From a virus (taxonomy: Duplodnaviria; Caudoviricetes), in the IMG/VR virus record IMGVR_UViG_3300005673_000131, positions 78 to 64,077 of that record: a stretch of 64,000 nt of DNA; one strand, given 5' to 3'. Shown one piece after another: positions 37,562 to 43,342 of this stretch (within the stretch, counting starts at the first letter, position 1; each line of letters opens with the position of its first letter). The translations under genes and the position numbers were made by a program. The notes beneath the pieces were generated by a model. It did not search any database, was not told the DNA's origin, and was given only the letters and a program-made list of their open reading frames with translations.

Positions 37562-37753
37562 CTAGGCCTCGTGGAGCAGGTTGCCGTTCCAGTCAATGGC
37601 CGTGTTGTCGTATCGGTCCTCGTCGTCCGCCAAGTCCTGTGCACGCTGTCGCGTGAAATGATTCAGGCATTCGGAACACAAAAAACCTTGCTCTTCGTCC
37701 CACGTCACCGGGCCAAGTCGGTAGCAGCGATCACATTGCGTCTGTGGGGTCAT
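37562..37753 (-). CDS. Small zinc-binding protein
   Basis: CDRC...FLCSEC. Confidence 0.5.
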   Translation of the reverse strand: MTPQTQCDRCYRLGPVTWDEEQGFLCSECLNHFTRQRAQDLADDEDRYDNTAIDWNGNLLHEA

Positions 37754-37980
37754 GGCTGAACCTCCTGCTGACGCGGGCGAAGGTCCTCGATGTGAATCCG
37801 GATCACCTTCCCCTCGCGTCGCACCGGCAGACCGTTATTGATCATGCGAAAGATGGTGTCGCGTGACGTGCTCAGCACGTAGGCGGCCTCTTCAACGGTC
37901 AACCACTTCGCGCGCTCCCCTTCTAAGAACTCCTGTCGGATGGCGTGGACGGCTGCTGGGCTGATGTCGGTGACGCTCAT
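37750..37980 (-). CDS. xis: Excisionase-like HTH (HTH_17)
   Basis: WLTVEEAAYVLSTSRDTIFRMI...LPVRREGKVIRI; near the integrase. Confidence 0.8.
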   Translation of the reverse strand: MSVTDISPAAVHAIRQEFLEGERAKWLTVEEAAYVLSTSRDTIFRMINNGLPVRREGKVIRIHIEDLRPRQQEVQP

Positions 37981-38267
37981 GATTGGGACTCCTCGTAGGC
38001 GATGACCTCAGCGGCTGTTTTGAGCAACTTGAGATAGTCTTGGCCTTCAGGACTGCTTGGCGTAGAGAAGCGATAGCGCTCCGGTTTCATCTGCGCCACT
38101 TCACACAGGCCCAATTCCCTGAATCGTCGGATGTAGCTGTGGAGCGATCCGTCCGAGATGGCACAGGCCTCCTGAATCACTCGCGCCCGGCTCCATGCGC
38201 GTTCCTGCCCAATGAGGTACGCAAAGAATCTGGCTTCTCCTGCTGTGATGGCGTGCTTGGTGCTCAT
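37977..38267 (-). CDS. Winged-helix DNA-binding protein
   Basis: SRARVIQEACAISDGSLHSYIRRFRELGL. Confidence 0.55.
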   Translation of the reverse strand: MSTKHAITAGEARFFAYLIGQERAWSRARVIQEACAISDGSLHSYIRRFRELGLCEVAQMKPERYRFSTPSSPEGQDYLKLLKTAAEVIAYEESQS

Positions 38268-38524
38268 GAGGCGCGGTTCCTCATCGTGTCGGACAAGGTT
38301 GACGCGTGTATGACACGGTTTCCCTCGCCACTCACCAGGAGGGGGTGTATATCGCTGTAGTAGTTCAGCCGGTACGTGAGCATGCGCGACATTTCGTTCT
38401 CCAAGGCCGTCACAATGACTTCATTCGTCGAACAGGACCGACGCTGCGCCTCACGAAGGACATCCGCTTCAAGCTCTTCGGGAAGGCGGAAACTCATGCG
38501 CGCGATCATCTTCGGGCGAGACAT
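38264..38524 (-). CDS. Ribbon-helix-helix (Arc-like) regulator
   Basis: RMSFRLPEELEADVLREAQRRSCSTNEVIVTALE. Confidence 0.8.
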   Translation of the reverse strand: MSRPKMIARMSFRLPEELEADVLREAQRRSCSTNEVIVTALENEMSRMLTYRLNYYSDIHPLLVSGEGNRVIHASTLSDTMRNRAS

Positions 38525-38540
38525 GGTGCGGTCTCCGGGG

Positions 38541-38705
38541 TTATGGGTGCTGCGGTGCTGGTTGGTATCGCTGGATGAGTGCCAATCGGATGATGGCTGC
38601 CCGGCTCAGTCCGGTCTTCCCGACTTCAGAATCGAGCTTGCGCGCCAATGACCGATCAATATCCGAGATGACACGAACCAGACGTTTTGTTGTTTTTTGT
38701 TGCAT
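38541..38705 (-). CDS. Ribbon-helix-helix (CopG-like) regulator, missed by the ORF track
   Basis: Manual translation of 54 aa: MQQKTTKRLVRVISDIDRSLARKLDSEVGKTGLSRAAIIRLALIQRY... Confidence 0.7.
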   Translation of the reverse strand: MQQKTTKRLVRVISDIDRSLARKLDSEVGKTGLSRAAIIRLALIQRYQPAPQHP

Positions 38706-38788
38706 GATGTTACTTGTACTCCCAAGGAATAAAATTTGTCAATAACTTTCTGCAACTTTTAGTAACTTTTTTGGAGTTGTATGCAACA
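38698..38788. promoter_or_regulatory. Divergent switch region with leftward promoter and repeated operators
   Basis: Minus-strand TTGACA (38742-38737)-N18-TACAAG; AACTTT at 38744, 38754 and 38764 (10-bp period); AT-rich. Confidence 0.6.
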
Positions 38789-39047
38789 TTCTGAAATCAT
38801 TAAGATTCCATGCATGTCGAAGAAGGGCGACTTCATTCACATTCGGTCAGACGAGGAGCTTCACGCTGCGTTGGAAGAGTCGGCGGCGAGGAGTGATCGG
38901 AAGATGACGGACCAGGCGCGTTATATCTTGCGCATGGCACTTGGCCTGTCAGACGAAGGAATGGAGCGCGATCGACTTCAGACGAACACGAAGAAATTGA
39001 CGGTCGTAGAATCTAAATCGCCCCGAAAAGGGGGCCACTCCCGCTGA
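38781..39047 (+). CDS. Ribbon-helix-helix repressor candidate
   Basis: DFIHIRSDEELHAALEESAARSDRKMTDQARYILRMAL; GGAG RBS; divergent from the early operon. Confidence 0.7.
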   Translation: MQHSEIIKIPCMSKKGDFIHIRSDEELHAALEESAARSDRKMTDQARYILRMALGLSDEGMERDRLQTNTKKLTVVESKSPRKGGHSR

Positions 39048-39206
39048 TCAAATTCCCGCACCCCTCCCAGGGCGCGGCACGCGCCATATTGCGAGATGAT
39101 GGACTGTGGGAAATCGTTCGACAGCGAATCTAATTTCATCGAAAGTGGTTGTGTATCCCTCAGTGGCATTCCTGGGCATTTACCTGGGCACCGGAGGAGG
39201 TAGGAC

Positions 39207-39368
39207 ATGATGAACCGGACATCTGATCCGCTGGATGGACTGCTACCCCGTGACTCGCCAACAAGGAAATTGTGGATGGGATTCCTCTATTGGGCTGCGC
39301 TGAGCCTCGCCGTGCCTATAGCCTTGATGGTTTTCTTCTTTTTCTTGGATTGGATTCAGCACTTATAG
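39207..39368 (+). CDS. Small membrane protein in the lysogeny module
   Basis: GGAGGAGGT RBS; 53 aa with TM WMGFLYWAALSLAVPIALMVFFFFL. Confidence 0.55.
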   Translation: MMNRTSDPLDGLLPRDSPTRKLWMGFLYWAALSLAVPIALMVFFFFLDWIQHL

Positions 39369-39380
39369 CCCCGATAGGCA

Positions 39381-40496
39381 ATGGCACGTAAGGATCGGAA
39401 AGACCGGGGCCTGTTTGTCTACACGACGGCCGACGGATCGGAGTGGTTCGGCGTCCGACTCTACGCGCATGGACGGGCCCACAAGTGGCAAGGATTCCGG
39501 CGCAAGCAGGACGCGCGTAACTGGTATGACGACCGGAAGAAGGACTTGCGCGAGCATCGCCCTTTCCCTCCACGGCATGGGGAGTCCGGACCGACTCTCG
39601 CTGACATCATCGCGCACTACTTGGCCCAGGCGACCGACAAGAAGAACTATGCCGGCGAACAGGTGTACGGGAAATTTTGGACACAATTCCTCGGCGAACA
39701 ATCCCTTGCCAACCTCTCGGCGCCTCAGATTGATCGCGCTCGCACGCATTTGCTCGCACATGGGTCCTTTCGCGGGCCGTTGTCGCACTCCACGGTTAAT
39801 CGGTATCTCGCCTGGCTGCACCATGTCTGCGCCCTTGAAGTGAGAAAAGGCACGCTGCCGGCAAATCCCTGTCAGCTGAAAAAGTTCAAAGAGCCCAGTC
39901 CTCCGGAAGTGGAATTCAGCCACGACGAAGAACGCGCCCTGGCTCGAGAGTTGGGCCCCTATGCCTGCGTGCCCAGTCTCGCCATTCTGACGGGATTGCG
40001 GCAGGAAGAATTGCTCACGCTGCGGTGGGATGACCTGGATCTGGAGCGCGGCTACGGCAAGTTGCGCACCCCGAAAAGCGGGAAGCCGGAAGTCTTTCTG
40101 ATCAACCGCGATGCCCGGGATTTGCTCGAACGGCGGGACAGATATTCAGTGTGGGTCTTCCCGAACGAGAAGAATCCGCACGAGCCCGTGAACCATAAAA
40201 GCTGGTATAACAACAGGTTCAAGCCCGCGGCGAAGCGCGCCGGCATCGTCCTGTCGCGGAAGAGTGGAAAGACCTTCCACACCCTCCGGCATACGTTTGC
40301 GGCTCGGTTGCAACAAGCTGGCGTGGAAGTGAAAGACATCAAGGATTTGGGCCGGTGGAAGAGCTGGAAGGCGATGGAGCGCTACCTAAAGCGAGACCAT
40401 GGACGGCTGCGGAGTGCGATCGAGCGATTGCAAACGCGAACCACCCCTGAACCGCCCCTCATCCGGGAATCCAAAACCGGAAGTGACGCGACGTGA
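39381..40496 (+). CDS. int: Tyrosine integrase
   Basis: LTGLRQEEL (R), TPKS (K), FHTLRHTFA (HxxR), LGRW, ERY (Y); N-terminal arm-binding region. Confidence 0.95.
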   Translation: MARKDRKDRGLFVYTTADGSEWFGVRLYAHGRAHKWQGFRRKQDARNWYDDRKKDLREHRPFPPRHGESGPTLADIIAHYLAQATDKKNYAGEQVYGKFWTQFLGEQSLANLSAPQIDRARTHLLAHGSFRGPLSHSTVNRYLAWLHHVCALEVRKGTLPANPCQLKKFKEPSPPEVEFSHDEERALARELGPYACVPSLAILTGLRQEELLTLRWDDLDLERGYGKLRTPKSGKPEVFLINRDARDLLERRDRYSVWVFPNEKNPHEPVNHKSWYNNRFKPAAKRAGIVLSRKSGKTFHTLRHTFAARLQQAGVEVKDIKDLGRWKSWKAMERYLKRDHGRLRSAIERLQTRTTPEPPLIRESKTGSDAT

Positions 40497-40697
40497 TTGG
40501 ATATTCTATCGTATTTTCAATGTCATATGGCCGATGGAGGGGTGACGGAGTGGCCGAACGTGCCGGTCTTGAAAACTCATCAGGCATCTTCTAGCTTCGT
40601 TCCATTACGTCCCATCTCGACTATTTACAAGCATTTCTGCCTTCCTATCCAGAATTTAGTCGAGATAAACAGTTCTGAGTCGAGTTCGAACCGCCCC
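40438..40697 (+). mobile_element. attP with GAACC(A/G)CCCC arm-type repeats
   Basis: Repeats at 40438-47, 40449-58 and 40688-97 flank the tRNA-derived core directly downstream of int. Confidence 0.65.
40536..40576 (+). tRNA. 5' half of tRNA-Ser(TGA), attP core; not a complete tRNA
   Basis: GGAGGGG TG ACGGAGTGGCCGAACGT G CCGGT CT TGA AA AC: acceptor 5' strand, D arm and anticodon loop, then divergence. Confidence 0.85.
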
Positions 40698-40708
40698 GTT
40701 TTTGTACG

Positions 40709-40870
40709 TCAATTCAGGCTACGAATTGCTCTTTCCGCCATCGGCGAGATTGGATGGACGCCCTGCTCCCATTTTGCGACTGTGGATGGCACCACGCCGA
40801 GCCGATGCGCCAGCTGCGCCTGGGTGAGACCCAGTGTGGCGCGGATCGATTTGAGTTGCTCGGCGGTCAT
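40709..40870 (-). CDS. XRE-family HTH protein, missed by the ORF track
   Basis: Manual translation of 53 aa: MTAEQLKSIRATLGLTQAQLAHRLGVVPSTVAKWEQGVHPISPMAERAIRSLN. Confidence 0.85.
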   Translation of the reverse strand: MTAEQLKSIRATLGLTQAQLAHRLGVVPSTVAKWEQGVHPISPMAERAIRSLN

Positions 40871-41100
40871 TCCGTGATCTCCCGCGCTACAGCGTCGATG
40901 GGTTTCCTGGGCCGATCCGGCAGATCGGCCAGGACCATCTCCAGGAGTTGCCTGGCCTGCTCGACCTGCCGGGATCTGAAATTGCGCCGGGAGGCGCGCA
41001 GTATGGCCACAGCCTCCCGGATCGCGTACTCGGTGGAGAGGGGGATCTGTTGCATCAGTCGTGCCTCTGGCATATACTCCCTTTGCTGGCGCGGCCCCAT
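40867..41100 (-). CDS. Hypothetical protein
   Basis: Stop overlaps the XRE start (GTGA/ATGA-type coupling). Confidence 0.55.
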   Translation of the reverse strand: MGPRQQREYMPEARLMQQIPLSTEYAIREAVAILRASRRNFRSRQVEQARQLLEMVLADLPDRPRKPIDAVAREITE

Positions 41101-41158
41101 TGGAGCGAAGCCGGACGATCGGCTCAGTTGTCAGCGTCAGTCATTTCCGCGCCAGCAC

Positions 41159-41350
41159 CTACCGTTTCCCTGCATACAATAGCTCTACGCCATTTTCTTG
41201 CACTCCGGCCCATCCGCCTACTGCCTCAATGTGTCTAGCCAGCTCCGCCCATGTCGGATGGGTCGGGTCAAATTTCGCGATTGCAGCATCGACATTCTCA
41301 GCAGTAATTCTCTGGGACTCTGCATCTGTGTAGATGTAATAGTCTGACAT
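41159..41350 (-). CDS. Hypothetical protein
   Basis: GGAGG RBS before MSDYYIYTD. Confidence 0.55.
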   Translation of the reverse strand: MSDYYIYTDAESQRITAENVDAAIAKFDPTHPTWAELARHIEAVGGWAGVQENGVELLYAGKR

Positions 41351-41434
41351 GCTATCCGCCTCCCCCGAGTGGTGGAGAGCCAGGCTCGTCGGGCTCGCGC
41401 TGCCTAGGCTCTGTCGCGCAATCATCATGGCTGG

Positions 41435-41464
41435 ATATTACTATGCGCGGCGCATAGATGTCAA
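41435..41464 (-). promoter_or_regulatory. Sigma70-type promoter with a 17-bp palindromic operator
   Basis: TTGACA-N18-TAATAT; spacer holds CTATGCG-CGG-CGCATAG (41441-41457). Confidence 0.7.
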
Positions 41465-41557
41465 TGGCCTACATAAAATTATTTTGGCCCTAGAAGAACT
41501 ACCTACCTCACGGATGCCCATCTTTAGTTGAGAACCGCTCTCAAAAAAATGTTTTTG

Positions 41558-41900
41558 GTGTGTCTAATGGTATTTGGCTTTTCGGATCGGTACCTGTGGA
41601 TAACCAATTATCCATTAGACACACAGGGTGAATTTTTGAAAAGTCGCGTCAAATTTATGACTGTACGTACTCATGCGTAGGCACTCATGAAGTGTGGTTC
41701 CATCACAAATGTTCAAACCTCTCTCATGTCAAGCCATTGAACGTCTCTGAATGGTGATGAGCCCTACTGTGACCCGCATGTGTCGAACATGTGACCCACA
41801 TCGGAGACCAACCGCGAACAGATTCCCTCGGTATCCCGATATCCCGAGTCCCGAATCCCGAAGAAGAAAAAGAAAGAGAAGAGCGCGCGAGCGCGCCCGA
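41558..41900. other. Origin-like non-coding block
   Basis: 13-bp inverted repeat (41558-70/41612-24); perfect DnaA box TGTGGATAA at 41595-603; 12-bp direct repeat with 22-bp period; four TCCCGA; purine tract. Confidence 0.5.
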
Positions 41901-41954
41901 TGCCGCCTGCTGGTTTTGTAAAAAACTAGGGGGGTGCCGAGTGGTTTCTCAGGC

Positions 41955-41983
41955 TTGACACACGGTCTAGAACTGCGTACAAG
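41955..41983 (+). promoter_or_regulatory. Rightward sigma70-type promoter of the pre-terminase operon
   Basis: TTGACA-N17-TACAAG; GAGGAGG RBS downstream. Confidence 0.6.
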
Positions 41984-42041
41984 CTGGGGCAGGTGTTGTT
42001 TTTTGTTGCGCATTAGTAAGCCGAGGAGGAGACCCCATGCG

Positions 42042-42323
42042 ATGCTAGAGCCAGCGACGAATCCGATCAGCCAAAACCCCACCCCACCCGCTCCCGCTGC
42101 GGACGAATCCGCTAGCGAGGATGCCGGGGCAATCGAAATCAAGTGCCTGCCGGATGGCACGTTTTTGCTCAACGATCAGCCGGTCGAAAAGCTCGAAGAC
42201 CTCCTCCGCGAGGTGATTCGTCTGTGCAAGGAACATCACGCCAGTGGCGGGTATGACGAGGCGTTCGAAGACGGCCACGCGAAGCACGCGCAGACGCCGG
42301 ACATGCGCGAATCCAACCCGTAA
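42042..42323 (+). CDS. Acidic hypothetical protein
   Basis: First ORF after the promoter and RBS. Confidence 0.55.
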   Translation: MLEPATNPISQNPTPPAPAADESASEDAGAIEIKCLPDGTFLLNDQPVEKLEDLLREVIRLCKEHHASGGYDEAFEDGHAKHAQTPDMRESNP

Positions 42324-42333
42324 GCGAGGCATC

Positions 42334-42558
42334 ATGGCGAAGGTCACACTCACGATTTGGGACAAGCCGGACGGTAGTTTTACGATGAAAGTGGACTACG
42401 GCGCCGAAGGGTTTGATCGCGCCTCCGTGGCGCATGTGGCGGGGGCCATGTTGACTTCGCACATGAAAACGTTGGGCAAAGAACAGCCGGTGACGGCAGA
42501 GGATAAAGACGAATTCGAGCGGATCGATACGATCCCGGAAGGCACGGTGATTCAGTGA
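42334..42558 (+). CDS. Hypothetical protein
   Basis: GAGG RBS; MAKVTLTIWDKPDGSF. Confidence 0.6.
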   Translation: MAKVTLTIWDKPDGSFTMKVDYGAEGFDRASVAHVAGAMLTSHMKTLGKEQPVTAEDKDEFERIDTIPEGTVIQ

Positions 42559-42755
42559 GCGATGTCATGCGCAGTCAGTATCGCGAGTTGTCTGCGGATG
42601 AGAAGGCGCAAGTGTCCGAACTGAAACACATGGGCGAGAATTTTTGCAATTTGGTCGATGCGCTGCGACATGTGGACGATAACGGCGCGTTTGATCACGC
42701 TCGATCGCGCATGGAAGAAGCGGTGTTTTGGGCGGTCAAGGGTGTGACGGCATGA
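42555..42755 (+). CDS. Acb2/Tad1-like anti-defence sponge protein
   Basis: QYRELSADEKAQVSELKHMGENF resembles recalled Acb2 N-terminus; ARSRMEEAVFWAVKG resembles the recalled Tad1 LEEALMW helix. Confidence 0.7.
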   Translation: MSDVMRSQYRELSADEKAQVSELKHMGENFCNLVDALRHVDDNGAFDHARSRMEEAVFWAVKGVTA

Positions 42756-42985
42756 AGAATTTTCTTTTTGGCTTCATCCTCAGCGCAGTGCTGTTCACGG
42801 CTGCGTCGTGGGCGATGGAGAAGCCGCAGATTGTTCCGCTCAACGAGTTGTACGACTTGCACGGCACAGCTTCATCAGTAGATCACGGGTTCATTGTTCC
42901 GGCCTTTCAGTACGTCGCTGCGGAATGCTACACGCGCAATCAAGAGACGGGCGAGATGGAGCCGATTGCTCGCATTGCTCGTTGA
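42752..42985 (+). CDS. Small exported protein
   Basis: MKNFLFGFILSAVLFTAASWA|M signal peptide. Confidence 0.55.
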   Translation: MKNFLFGFILSAVLFTAASWAMEKPQIVPLNELYDLHGTASSVDHGFIVPAFQYVAAECYTRNQETGEMEPIARIAR

Positions 42986-43015
42986 ATCGAATTCAATTCT
43001 AGTCAAGTAAAAAGT

Positions 43016-43342
43016 ATGGCCACAAAAGGCGGCAGGCGTCCAGGGGCAGGTCGGAAGAAGGGGCAGACCACGAAGATCCATGAGGCGATCAAAGCCCGGG
43101 TCTTAGCCACTGGCGAAACTCCCCTCGAATTCCTTTTGCGCACTATGCGCGCACCGGAACCTACGCAGGGCAAGAATGAAAATCCTCTGGTGTTCACGAA
43201 GCGGCTGGAGTTGTGGGCGTCACGCGGTTTGGAGGCCGCGAAAGCGGCGGCGCCGTACATCCACCCAAAGCTGCATTCTGTTGAGCACAAAGGCGAAGGG
43301 GGCGGGCCAATTCAGCAACGTGTCGTTGTGGAGTTTGTCTAA
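43016..43342 (+). CDS. terS: Terminase small subunit
   Basis: GGRRPGAGRKKG, ETPLEFLL, AAKAAAPYIHPKL; directly upstream of terL. Confidence 0.8.
   Translation: MATKGGRRPGAGRKKGQTTKIHEAIKARVLATGETPLEFLLRTMRAPEPTQGKNENPLVFTKRLELWASRGLEAAKAAAPYIHPKLHSVEHKGEGGGPIQQRVVVEFV

Noticed and set aside
40681-40700. GAGTTCGAACC resembling a tRNA T-loop
   Set aside because: No T-stem, acceptor 3' strand or CCA; better explained as an Int arm repeat
41729-42172. Minus-strand 147-aa ORF across the origin-like block
   Set aside because: Low-complexity translation of repeats; it overlaps a promoter and a real plus-strand gene
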